Shown in pieces: positions 9,906 through 18,325 of a stretch of DNA of 32,389 nt. The position numbers and the translations under genes were made by a program. The stretch covers positions 1 to 32,389 of the forward strand of contig CAYZYX010000021.1 of assembly GCA_964482715.1 (NCBI GenBank), read 5' to 3'. This DNA comes from an uncultured Clostridia bacterium (lineage in GTDB: Bacteria; Aerophobota; Aerophobia; Aerophobales; B3-G15). The notes under the pieces are model-generated. The model saw only the letters and a list, made by a program, of their open reading frames with translations. It made no database searches and was not told the DNA's origin. Every line of letters begins with the position of its first letter. Positions within the stretch are counted from its first letter, which is position 1.

Positions 9906-11197
9906 TTTCTCGATATACACGAGGTGAGATGGGAGCTATCTGGGAGGAGGAAGAAAAATTCAGAATATGGTTGCAAATAGAAATTTTGGTATGTGAAGCC
10001 TGGGCAAAGTTAAAAAAGATTCCTGCGGGAGTGGTTGAGGAAATCAAAAGAAAAACAAAATTTGACGTGAAGAGAATAAAAGAAATAGAAAAAGAGGTAA
10101 AACATGATGTGGTTGCCTTTTTGATAAATCTTTCTGAAAATGTGGGACCAGCATCAAAATACATTCATATGGGACTTACCTCTTCGGACATCCTGGATAC
10201 TGCACTTGCCGTTCAATTAAAGAAAGCCTCAGAAATTATTATTGCCGATGTTGAAAGGGTTCTGGATATTTTAAAGGAAAAGGCTCTTGAATATAAAGAC
10301 ACTGTCATGATGGGTAGAACTCATGGAGTTCATGCTGAACCTATCACATTGGGATTGAAATTTGCTCTCTGGTATGAGGAAATAAAAAGAAATCTGGAGA
10401 GAATTAAGCGTGCAAAAGAAGAAATTTCTTATGGTAAGATATCCGGAGCTGTGGGAACATATGCTCATCTTGATCCCTGGATTGAGCAATGGGTTTGCCG
10501 GCAACTCGGACTTAAACCCTGTCCCATTTCTAATCAGATTGTCCAGAGAGACAGGCATTGTTTCTACCTGGCATGCCTGGCCATTCTGGCATCATCTCTG
10601 GATAAGTTCTGTCTGGAGATAAGAGGACTTCATCGAACGGAGATTCGAGAGCTGGAGGAAGGATTCGGTAAAGGACAGAAAGGTTCCTCAGCCATGCCGC
10701 ATAAGAAAAATCCCATAATCTGCGAGCGGATCTGTGGTCTGGCACGTCTTTTGCGATCTAATCTGCAGGCGGCTCTGGAAAATATACCTCTCTGGGGAGA
10801 AAGAGATATCTCTCACTCTTCTTGCGAAAGGGTAATTCTGCCAGATTCAACAATACTTATAGATTACATGTTAACAAAATTTGCTGAAGTAATTGAGAAC
10901 TTAAGGGTTTATCCTGAAAATATGAAAGAGAACATGAAACTTTCTCGTGGTCTTTTCTTCTCTCAGAGGCTCATGCTAAAGCTGGTAGAAAAAGGACTTT
11001 CCCGTCAGGAGGCTTATGACCTGGTGCAGAGAAATTCTATGCAGAGCTGGGAGAAGCACAGAGAATTTGAGGAGTTAGTGAAGAAAGATTCGGAAATTGG
11101 CAAATGGTTAACCCCTGAAGAGATAGCAGAAATTTTTAACAGGAGTTACTACACAAGATTTGTAGATAAGATAATGGAAAAAGCAGGAATACTGTGA
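9902..11197 (+). CDS. purB: Adenylosuccinate lyase
   Basis: 'MISRY', 'KHDVVAF', 'HMGLTSSD', 'GRTHGVHAEP', 'SGAVGTY', 'SSAMPHKKNP', 'ERDISHSS'; 431 aa. Confidence 0.96.
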   Translation: MISRYTRGEMGAIWEEEEKFRIWLQIEILVCEAWAKLKKIPAGVVEEIKRKTKFDVKRIKEIEKEVKHDVVAFLINLSENVGPASKYIHMGLTSSDILDTALAVQLKKASEIIIADVERVLDILKEKALEYKDTVMMGRTHGVHAEPITLGLKFALWYEEIKRNLERIKRAKEEISYGKISGAVGTYAHLDPWIEQWVCRQLGLKPCPISNQIVQRDRHCFYLACLAILASSLDKFCLEIRGLHRTEIRELEEGFGKGQKGSSAMPHKKNPIICERICGLARLLRSNLQAALENIPLWGERDISHSSCERVILPDSTILIDYMLTKFAEVIENLRVYPENMKENMKLSRGLFFSQRLMLKLVEKGLSRQEAYDLVQRNSMQSWEKHREFEELVKKDSEIGKWLTPEEIAEIFNRSYYTRFVDKIMEKAGIL

Positions 11198-11198
11198 A

Positions 11199-11990
11199 AT
11201 GGGAATAATCATTCATCCTACAGCTATAGTAAGTCCAAAAGCAGAGCTGGCGGATGGAGTGGAAGTTGGTCCCTTTTCAATAATAGGGGATAATGTGAAA
11301 ATTGGAGAGGGAACCAAGATTGGACCCTCGGTTTCAATTGAGGGTTGGACCAGGATTGGAAAAAAATGTCAAATATTAAAGGGTGCTGTTATTGGAACTC
11401 CAGCCCAGGATGTTCGTTATAAAGGTGGAAGGAGTTTTGTGGAGATAGGAGATAATAATTTAATTCGTGAGTATGTAACCATCCATCGGGGAACTGATGA
11501 GGATAGTGTAACCCACATTGGAAACGATAATTTTCTCATGGCTTTCTGTCATATAGCACATAATTGCTGGGTAGGAGACCATGTTGTCATTGCCAATATG
11601 GGAACTCTGGCTGGCTACGTGAGGATAGAAGATCGAGTAATAATTGGAGGTTTAACAGCTGTGCATCAATACGTCAGGATAGGTGCATATGCTATGGTTG
11701 GTGGTTGTGCCAAGGTGGTCAAGGATATCCCTCCCTTTACTCTGGCCGATGGTCATCCTGCCCACCTCTGGGGACTTAACGTAATTGGCCTGCGGAGAGC
11801 CAATTTTCCTTCTTGGGTGCGGAATTGTCTGAACCGGGCCTACAAGATTCTTTTTAGATCAGGGCTTAACACCACTCAGGCACTTGAGAAAATAGAAAAT
11901 GAACTTGAAGGTATTGCTGAAGTTGAATATCTCTGTAAGTTTATCCGGACCTCCAGGCGAGGAATCTGTAAAGAAAGAGAAAAAAGTTAA
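11199..11990 (+). CDS. lpxA: UDP-N-acetylglucosamine O-acyltransferase (lipid A biosynthesis)
   Basis: Hexapeptide repeats; 'IHPTAIV', 'QDVRYKG', 'IREYVTIHRGT', 'HIAHNC', 'VHQYVRIG', 'GLNVIGLRR'. Confidence 0.95.
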   Translation: MGIIIHPTAIVSPKAELADGVEVGPFSIIGDNVKIGEGTKIGPSVSIEGWTRIGKKCQILKGAVIGTPAQDVRYKGGRSFVEIGDNNLIREYVTIHRGTDEDSVTHIGNDNFLMAFCHIAHNCWVGDHVVIANMGTLAGYVRIEDRVIIGGLTAVHQYVRIGAYAMVGGCAKVVKDIPPFTLADGHPAHLWGLNVIGLRRANFPSWVRNCLNRAYKILFRSGLNTTQALEKIENELEGIAEVEYLCKFIRTSRRGICKEREKS

Positions 11991-12799
11991 TGCACATTCT
12001 GCAAGCTTTTTTACTGGGCTTACTTCAGGGTCTTACCGAGTTTCTCCCTGTAAGCAGTTCCGGGCATCTTGTTATTGTGCAGCACTATCTCGGGCTTGAT
12101 CAACCCATGCTTTTCTTTGATGTACTTCTGCACACAGGAACTTTGTGTGCTGTCATTTTTTATTTCAGAAAAGAGCTTTTTTACCTTGTTTTTGCCTTAA
12201 TAAAGAAAAATCCCGGGGATGTTTATAAAGAAAGAAGAAGATTTCTTTTCATGATTATTCTGGCTATTATTCCTACAGCCTTTCTGGGTCTTTTTTTGAA
12301 GAGGCAGGAGGATTTACTCTTTCGAGGAGTAATTATTCCAGCAACCATGCTGATTTTTACAGGTATCTTCTTATGGATAGCAGAAAAAAGGAGAGTTAGA
12401 AAATATGAAAGAGATAGGATCAGTTCGGTTGATGCAATCTTAATTGGACTCACGCAAGGTATAGCGGTGATTCCCGGTATATCGAGATCAGGAATTACCA
12501 TCTCCTGTGGGTTGCTCAGGGGGTTAAAGAGAGAACAGGCTTTTCGATTTAGTTTTTTTATCTTTATACCGGCAGTTGTTGGAGCCTTAATTCTGGAGAG
12601 CCGGGACCTTACTTCCATTTTAAATCCAGGTTTTTATCCATGTCTTGTTGGCTTTTTAACCTCTTTTGTTGTAAGTATTATGGCTCTCAAGATACTACGG
12701 GAGGTACTGCGTAAGAAAAGACTTACGGTTTTTTCCTGGTATTGCTGGATTCTCGGAGGAGGACTTTTGTCCTGGGAGATAATCAAATCTTTTATATAG
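11990..12799 (+). CDS. uppP: Undecaprenyl-diphosphate phosphatase (BacA)
   Basis: 'QGLTEFLPVSSSGHL' and 'PGISRSG' signatures; multi-pass membrane protein. Confidence 0.96.
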   Translation: MHILQAFLLGLLQGLTEFLPVSSSGHLVIVQHYLGLDQPMLFFDVLLHTGTLCAVIFYFRKELFYLVFALIKKNPGDVYKERRRFLFMIILAIIPTAFLGLFLKRQEDLLFRGVIIPATMLIFTGIFLWIAEKRRVRKYERDRISSVDAILIGLTQGIAVIPGISRSGITISCGLLRGLKREQAFRFSFFIFIPAVVGALILESRDLTSILNPGFYPCLVGFLTSFVVSIMALKILREVLRKKRLTVFSWYCWILGGGLLSWEIIKSFI

Positions 12800-12944
12800 A
12801 ACCTGTAACAGAAATTGGGTAGTTTTCCCCAAAAAATACAAAAGTAGCTACCATGTAAAGACCGGCTGCTCGCCAAAAAAAGCTTGTTTGCAAGGTATCT
12901 CCGGGAGCCTGCGGAGAAAGACAGGTAAAAACTGTTACAATTTC
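12799..12944. mobile_element. Possible MITE, IS remnant or structured ncRNA bounded by inverted repeats
   Basis: GAACCTGTAACAG (12799-12811) and CTGTTACAATTTC (12932-12944) pair at 11/13; internal hairpin TCTCCG...CGGAGA; no clear target-site duplication. Confidence 0.35.
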
Positions 12945-12955
12945 AGCCTGTATTC

Positions 12956-12983
12956 TTGACAGGATAATAATTGGGGTTAAAAT
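12956..12983 (+). promoter_or_regulatory. Sigma70-type promoter for the hflX operon
   Basis: TTGACA (12956-12961), 16-nt spacer, TAAAAT (12978-12983), then SD AAGGAGGGGAGG at 13005-13016. Confidence 0.7.
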
Positions 12984-13023
12984 TTAAATAGATAATCTTA
13001 TTTTAAGGAGGGGAGGAAAAAAC

Positions 13024-14316
13024 ATCCCCGAAAAAAACACTATTAGTCTGGTTGGAGCCAAGAAAAGAGAGAGGGCTATACTTGTTGGGCTGGATCTTGA
13101 CGAAGAGGAATGGAAAGTGGGAGATTCACTGGAGGAGCTCTCTCGGTTAGTTCAGACTGCGGGAGGAGTGGTCCAGGCCACCGTTATTCAAAAACGGCGA
13201 ACTCCTGACCCGGCCTTTTTTGTAGGTAAAGGGAAAGCCGAGGAAATCGCCCGTCTGTGTGATGAACTAAATACCGATGTTGTTATTTTTGACCACGATC
13301 TTACTCCCTCCCAGCAAAAAAATTTAGAGGAAAAAACTGGAGTAAAAATTGTTGATAGAACCCAATTAATCCTTGATATTTTCGCTCTCAGGGCTAACTC
13401 CGGGATGGGAAAAATCCAGGTTGAACTGGCTCAGCTAACTTATCTACTTCCCCGGTTGAGAGGGAAGGGAATTCTTCTCTCACGTCTTGGAGGTGGAATA
13501 GGAACAAGAGGTCCTGGAGAAACCAAGCTGGAAGTCGATCGTCGAAGGATAAAGGAGCGAATAATAACACTGAGGAGGAAAATAAAGGAGATAGAAAATC
13601 AACGTAAAATAATTAAGAAAAAAACAGCCAGCTGGTGGAAAGCTGTACTGATAGGATATACCAATGTGGGGAAATCAACCATTCTTAATAAGTTAACCCG
13701 GGCTCGGGTGAAGGTAGATGATAAGTTATTTGCCACTCTGGACCCAACCACCCGGAGAATTGTTCTTCCCGATAATCAGAGGCTCCTTCTTACCGATACT
13801 GTGGGATTTATAAATAAACTGCCTCATCATTTAATTGCTGCCTTTCATGCTACTCTCCAGGAAGTGGAAGAAGCCGACATCCTAATTAACGTACTTGATG
13901 CTTCTCATCCCAAGGTTTTAGAACAAAATGCTGCCACTCACAGGGTCTTAAAAGAACTTAATGCTCAGAACAAACCCATAATTAATGTGTTGAACAAAAT
14001 TGACCTGGTTGAAGATAAAAATAAATTGGAAAGAATAAAAAGATCTCTTGATTTCCCTATCCTTATTTCAGCTATTAAAGAAATTGGATTTGATGCACTC
14101 CTGAATCGCATTTCTCAGATGTTGAACCGCACAAGGATAGATACCGTATTTTCCTTTCCCTATGAAAAGAGTGATCTTATCGGTTTGATTTATAAACTGG
14201 GAGAGGTAAAAAAGCGGGAGTACCTGGAGGACAAAGTGATAGTTGAGGCCAGAGTTACTCCTGTTTTGGCAAAAAAACTCCAGCAATACCGAAACGGAGG
14301 AGGTAGACCAAATTGA
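13024..14316 (+). CDS. hflX: Ribosome-splitting GTPase HflX; probable ATC start upstream of the ORF-track GTG at 13117
   Basis: '[11 protein letters not shown]', 'QVELAQL', '[17 protein letters not shown]', G1 'GYTNVGKST', 'LFATLD', 'DTVGFI', 'NKID'. The typical N-terminal 'ERAILVG' lies in frame upstream of 13117. The family call is firm; the start position is inferred. Confidence 0.95.
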   Translation: MPEKNTISLVGAKKRERAILVGLDLDEEEWKVGDSLEELSRLVQTAGGVVQATVIQKRRTPDPAFFVGKGKAEEIARLCDELNTDVVIFDHDLTPSQQKNLEEKTGVKIVDRTQLILDIFALRANSGMGKIQVELAQLTYLLPRLRGKGILLSRLGGGIGTRGPGETKLEVDRRRIKERIITLRRKIKEIENQRKIIKKKTASWWKAVLIGYTNVGKSTILNKLTRARVKVDDKLFATLDPTTRRIVLPDNQRLLLTDTVGFINKLPHHLIAAFHATLQEVEEADILINVLDASHPKVLEQNAATHRVLKELNAQNKPIINVLNKIDLVEDKNKLERIKRSLDFPILISAIKEIGFDALLNRISQMLNRTRIDTVFSFPYEKSDLIGLIYKLGEVKKREYLEDKVIVEARVTPVLAKKLQQYRNGGGRPN

Positions 14317-14891
14317 AGGTGATTGGTATTAACGGAAGCCCCAGAAAAGGTGGAAATACGGAGATACTTATCAGGAAGGCACTGGGAATTATGCAGTCTC
14401 AGGGTATAGACACTGAAATAATAGGTCTTGGTGAAAAGAAAGTCGAGCCCTGCGATGCCTGTAAATTCTGTCGCAAACACATTGGCAAATGTCATATTGA
14501 AGATGACCTGGCCCCTATTCTGGAGGAGATGCTCTCAGCAGATGGAATTATTCTGGGAAGTCCGGTTTATGTCGGATCGGTTACGGCTCAGATGAAGGCT
14601 CTGATGGATAGAGTAGGTTATATTGCCCGGGCAATGGATAACCCTTTTCGGAGAAAAGTTGGTGGAGCAATAGTGGTAGCCAGAAGAGCCGGACATAACT
14701 TTACTTTAATGCAACTTCTACAGTTTTTCAATATTTTCGGAATGACAATTGCTGGATCGGCTGTTTACTGGAATATTGCTTTTGGCAGGGAAAAGGGAGA
14801 AGTTTTGCAGGATGAGGAGGCCCTGCGAACAATAGATGACTTTGCTCAAAATTTTATCTGGCTACTCAATCAAAGGGAGGCAGATAAATGA
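14313..14891 (+). CDS. Iron-sulfur flavoprotein (Isf-type, flavodoxin-like FMN reductase family)
   Basis: 'GSPRKGGNT', compact Cys motif '[14 protein letters not shown]', '[11 protein letters not shown]', 'MKALMDR'. Confidence 0.9.
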   Translation: MKVIGINGSPRKGGNTEILIRKALGIMQSQGIDTEIIGLGEKKVEPCDACKFCRKHIGKCHIEDDLAPILEEMLSADGIILGSPVYVGSVTAQMKALMDRVGYIARAMDNPFRRKVGGAIVVARRAGHNFTLMQLLQFFNIFGMTIAGSAVYWNIAFGREKGEVLQDEEALRTIDDFAQNFIWLLNQREADK

Positions 14892-15337
14892 AAATAGCTC
14901 TGGCTGCAGATCATGCTGGCTTCAGGTTGAAGGAGGAGATAAAGAAGTTTCTGGAAAAGCAAAAAGTGAATTATCAGGATTTTGGTACTTATAGCGAAGA
15001 GCTCACCGATTATATGGATTGGGCTGTTCCTGCTTTAAAGAAGATGAGCCAGGGTGAGTTTGAGAGAGCAATTCTTATTTGCGGAACTGGATTAGGAATG
15101 ACCATACTGGCTAACAAGTTCTCTGGAGTTAGAGCCACTCCCTGCTACGATTTATATACTGCCCGTATGTCCAGGGAGCATAATGATTCCAATGTGCTGG
15201 TTCTGGGAGGAAGGATAACTGCACCGGGACTGGCCAGGGAGATATTGAAAATCTGGTTGAACACAAAGTTCCAGGGGGAAAGACATAAAAGGCGTCTTGA
15301 TAAATTAACTGAAATTGAGAAAAATAATTTAAAGTAG
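14888..15337 (+). CDS. rpiB: Ribose-5-phosphate isomerase B
   Basis: 'DHAG', 'CGTGLG', 'ANKFSGVRA', 'SREHNDSNVL', 'ERHKRR'. Confidence 0.95.
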   Translation: MKIALAADHAGFRLKEEIKKFLEKQKVNYQDFGTYSEELTDYMDWAVPALKKMSQGEFERAILICGTGLGMTILANKFSGVRATPCYDLYTARMSREHNDSNVLVLGGRITAPGLAREILKIWLNTKFQGERHKRRLDKLTEIEKNNLK

Positions 15338-15348
15338 TGAGGTAAAAC

Positions 15349-16626
15349 TTGCTTGACCCTTGGATTATCCTGGTATTTCTTATTATCTGTATTATCTGCT
15401 CAGCTTTTTTTTCAGGGGCAGAAATAGCTCTTTCTTCACTGGGGAAGGTTATCTTAAAGCGGATGATTCGGGAAAATCCCCGAAGAAAGCATCAACTGGA
15501 GCTTTTGAATGCTGACCCTTCCCGCTGGTTAATTACCATTCTTATAGGAAACAACCTTGCTAACATTGGAGCAGCAAGCCTTGCTACATTGCTGGTGGAA
15601 AAGATAGTGGGCGGAACTGAGGGAAAAATTGTGGGAATTGTAATGGGTATTATGACTTTTGTTCTACTTGTTTTTGGAGAAATCACTCCCAAACGATACT
15701 GTAGAGAACATGCTGAGAGGGTTTCCCTGAAGGTGATCGGACCCATTTTTTTTCTGTCCACCTTGCTTTTGCCGGTGGTAAAGTTTTTCACCCTGCTTAC
15801 CAGGGGAATTTCCGGGTCAAAAATAAGCGAGTCACCCATATTAAAACCTATCACCGAAAAGGAAATTCACACTCTAATTGACATAGGACAGGAAGAGGGT
15901 GCCCTGGAAGAAGGAGAGGAAAGACTTGCTCATCAGGCTCTGGAGTTTGACGAGACCAGGGTGAAAGAAATAATGACTCCTCGAACGAAAATGGTAGTTA
16001 TTCCTCAGGATGCCAGTGTAAAAGATCTTGCCAGATTGATAAATGAAGTTGGTTTTTCGCGAATCCCGGTTTATGAAGGAAAAATTGACAATATTGTGGG
16101 AGTAGCTTATGCCAAGGATCTTTTGCCAATTTCTGACAAGTGGGATAGGTTAAAAGTAAAAGATATCATGCATTCTCCCATCTTTGTCCCCTATACTACC
16201 AAATTAAGTGAAGTTTTTCATGAATTACAGAAAAGAAAAACTCATCTTGCCATTGTAGTTGATGAGTATGGAGGAGTTGCTGGATTAATTACCATCGAGG
16301 ATCTTCTTGAAGAACTTGTGGGTGAAATAGAAGATGAATACGATAAAGTCCCAACAGAGAAAATCCAGTTGCTTAAGGACGGTTCCGCTATTGTTGAGGG
16401 GGATACTGATATTGACGAAATTAACAGAAAATTGGGCACTTCCCTTCCCGAAAAAGCGGTTGCTTTCGAGTCAATTGGTGGATTTATATTTAATGAATTG
16501 GGTAGGATTCCTCATAAAGGGGAAGTTATTGAGGAAAACGGTGTAAAAATAGAGATACTGGAGGTAGATGCGCGGAGAATAAAGAAAGTAAAAATTTTTC
16601 CCTCCTCCGATATTAAATCTCCTTAG
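15349..16626 (+). CDS. CNNM/DUF21-CBS-CorC membrane protein ('hemolysin' family, putative Mg2+/Co2+ transport)
   Basis: 'FFSGAEIALSS', 'ILIGNNLANI', 'VFGEITPK', CBS pair 'GFSRIPVY'/'AIVVDEYGG', 'EDLLEELVGEIEDEYD', CorC C-terminal domain. Confidence 0.93.
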   Translation: MLDPWIILVFLIICIICSAFFSGAEIALSSLGKVILKRMIRENPRRKHQLELLNADPSRWLITILIGNNLANIGAASLATLLVEKIVGGTEGKIVGIVMGIMTFVLLVFGEITPKRYCREHAERVSLKVIGPIFFLSTLLLPVVKFFTLLTRGISGSKISESPILKPITEKEIHTLIDIGQEEGALEEGEERLAHQALEFDETRVKEIMTPRTKMVVIPQDASVKDLARLINEVGFSRIPVYEGKIDNIVGVAYAKDLLPISDKWDRLKVKDIMHSPIFVPYTTKLSEVFHELQKRKTHLAIVVDEYGGVAGLITIEDLLEELVGEIEDEYDKVPTEKIQLLKDGSAIVEGDTDIDEINRKLGTSLPEKAVAFESIGGFIFNELGRIPHKGEVIEENGVKIEILEVDARRIKKVKIFPSSDIKSP

Positions 16627-16640
16627 CTAATTTTTCTCTC

Positions 16641-16668
16641 TTGACTTTGCTTACCTTTTTTCTAAAAA
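16641..16668 (+). promoter_or_regulatory. Possible promoter for the kinase-grpE-dnaK-dnaJ cluster
   Basis: TTGACT (16641-16646), 16-nt spacer, imperfect -10 TAAAAA (16663-16668). Confidence 0.35.
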
Positions 16669-16679
16669 TAAAAAACAGG

Positions 16680-17621
16680 ATGGTTCTTACTGTTACTTTG
16701 AATCCTGTCCTGGACAGGGTGGTTGAAATTCGTAATTTTAGAGCTGGAGAGGTCAACCGGGTTGAGAGAGAACGAGCAAGAATTGCCGGTGGTAAAGGTA
16801 TCAACGTATCAAGAATACTCAAGCTCTTTCATGTACCCAATCTGGCTGTAGGGTGGTTGGGGGGGAAAATAGGAAAAGAAGTTGAAAAAAGGCTGGATGA
16901 GGAAGGTATTGCACATGATTTTGTCTGGATTGAACGGGAAAGCAGGCAAAATCTGACAATCGTGGATCCTGAAAAGGGAAAAGAAACACATCTGGTGGAA
17001 AAAGGCCCTGATATAAGTTTACAGGAGAGAGAAAAATTAAAGAAAAAAATCCGTTATCTGGCAGAAAAATCTAAAATTGTCGTTTTTTCGGGAAGTGTTC
17101 CTCGGGGTGTAGAAAAAGAAGTTTATTTCGAACTTATAATTCTGGTTAAAGAGGTTAATCCTCAAATTTTATCTGTTCTTGATACTTCAGGGATCCTGCT
17201 CAAGAATGGGATCAGAGCGATTCCCGGTCTTGTTAAGCCCAATATTGAGGAACTTGCGGGTCTTAGCGAAAAAGGATTCTCTTCGGTGGAGGATATCGCT
17301 GAAGAAGCCGGCCAATTGAGAAAAAAAGGTATACATATGGTGGTTGTTTCTCAGGGAGCAGGAGAGGTGGTAGCAGCTACAGAGGATGGGACTTTTATCC
17401 TCACCCCTCCTGCAGTTGATCCTTTAAACACAGTAGGAGCTGGTGATGCTATGGTTGGAGGGATGGTAGCGGCATTATATCAGGGGAAAAAAACAGGGGA
17501 AGTCCTTACCCTGGGAGTTGCAACAGGGACAGCCAGTGTTGAGTCAGGTAGAGAGAGGCCTCTGAAAATTGAGAGAATATTTGACCTGAGCAGGAGAATA
17601 AAAATTAGAAAATTAAGTTAA
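16680..17621 (+). CDS. 1-phosphofructokinase-family (PfkB/FruK/LacC) sugar-phosphate kinase
   Basis: 'TVTLNPVLD', 'AGGKGINVSR', 'SGSVPRG', 'KPNIEEL', 'NTVGAGDA'. Start moved to ATG 16680 to match the family N-terminus. Confidence 0.92.
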   Translation: MVLTVTLNPVLDRVVEIRNFRAGEVNRVERERARIAGGKGINVSRILKLFHVPNLAVGWLGGKIGKEVEKRLDEEGIAHDFVWIERESRQNLTIVDPEKGKETHLVEKGPDISLQEREKLKKKIRYLAEKSKIVVFSGSVPRGVEKEVYFELIILVKEVNPQILSVLDTSGILLKNGIRAIPGLVKPNIEELAGLSEKGFSSVEDIAEEAGQLRKKGIHMVVVSQGAGEVVAATEDGTFILTPPAVDPLNTVGAGDAMVGGMVAALYQGKKTGEVLTLGVATGTASVESGRERPLKIERIFDLSRRIKIRKLS

Positions 17622-17644
17622 GCATTACTCCGCAAAGGGAGGAA

Positions 17645-18325
17645 GTGATGAGTGAAAATCATATAAATAATGCTAAAGACAAAGATGCTCCCAGGAGGAT
17701 AAGTTATAAATCTAAATATCTTGAAGCTCAAAAGGAAATAGAGAACTTAAAAAAAGAGATAAACACGCTGCGTGAGAGAATTGGGGAGCTGGAAAAGCAG
17801 CTGAATAATTCAGATAAAGAAGCGGAGGAATACCTTGATCACCTTAAAAGATTAAAAGCTGAATTTGAAAATTACAAAAAGAGAATGGTGAAAGAAAGGG
17901 GACAACTTATCAGCTGGGCAGTGGAGGACCTTATAAAAGAGCTTCTACCTGTTCTTGATGATCTGGAAAGGGCTATTGATGCAGCCAGAAGCTCCCAGAA
18001 CTTCTCCTCTTTGCTGGAAGGAATTCAAATGGTTTATGACCACTTTAGAGGTCTTCTCAAAAAAAGAGGAGTTGAAGAAATTCCGGCAAAGGGAGAAGAA
18101 TTTGATCCTAATGTTCATGAAGCAATTATGAGAATTGAATCAGACGAGCATCCCGACAACATAGTGGTTGAGGAGATGCGTAAAGGTTACAGGTTTAAAG
18201 ACAGGGTATTGCGCCCTTCCATGGTAAAGGTTAATAAGAAAAAGCCCTCCTCAGTCACTGATGAGGGGGCAAGGGAAAAAGAAAATAACAGAGGGAGGGA
18301 TCAAAATGGCCAGGAAAGTGAGTAA
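17645..18325 (+). CDS. grpE: Nucleotide exchange factor GrpE
   Basis: 'AEFENYKKR', '[11 protein letters not shown]', 'FDPNVHEA', '[17 protein letters not shown]'. Start is GTG 17645 or ATG 17648. Confidence 0.97.
   Translation: MMSENHINNAKDKDAPRRISYKSKYLEAQKEIENLKKEINTLRERIGELEKQLNNSDKEAEEYLDHLKRLKAEFENYKKRMVKERGQLISWAVEDLIKELLPVLDDLERAIDAARSSQNFSSLLEGIQMVYDHFRGLLKKRGVEEIPAKGEEFDPNVHEAIMRIESDEHPDNIVVEEMRKGYRFKDRVLRPSMVKVNKKKPSSVTDEGAREKENNRGRDQNGQESE

Noticed and set aside
9902-11197. argH call based on position after argG
   Set aside because: The motifs (MISRY, HDV, GRTHG, SSAMPHK, ERDISHSS) are those of PurB.
12634-12876. 80-aa minus-strand ORF as a transposase fragment
   Set aside because: Mostly antisense to uppP, with no DDE or HTH motif recognised.
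16620-17650. CIRCE element upstream of the dnaK cluster
   Set aside because: No TTAGCACTC-N9-GAGTGCTAA match; only short TTAGC/TAAGC fragments in the intergenic gaps.
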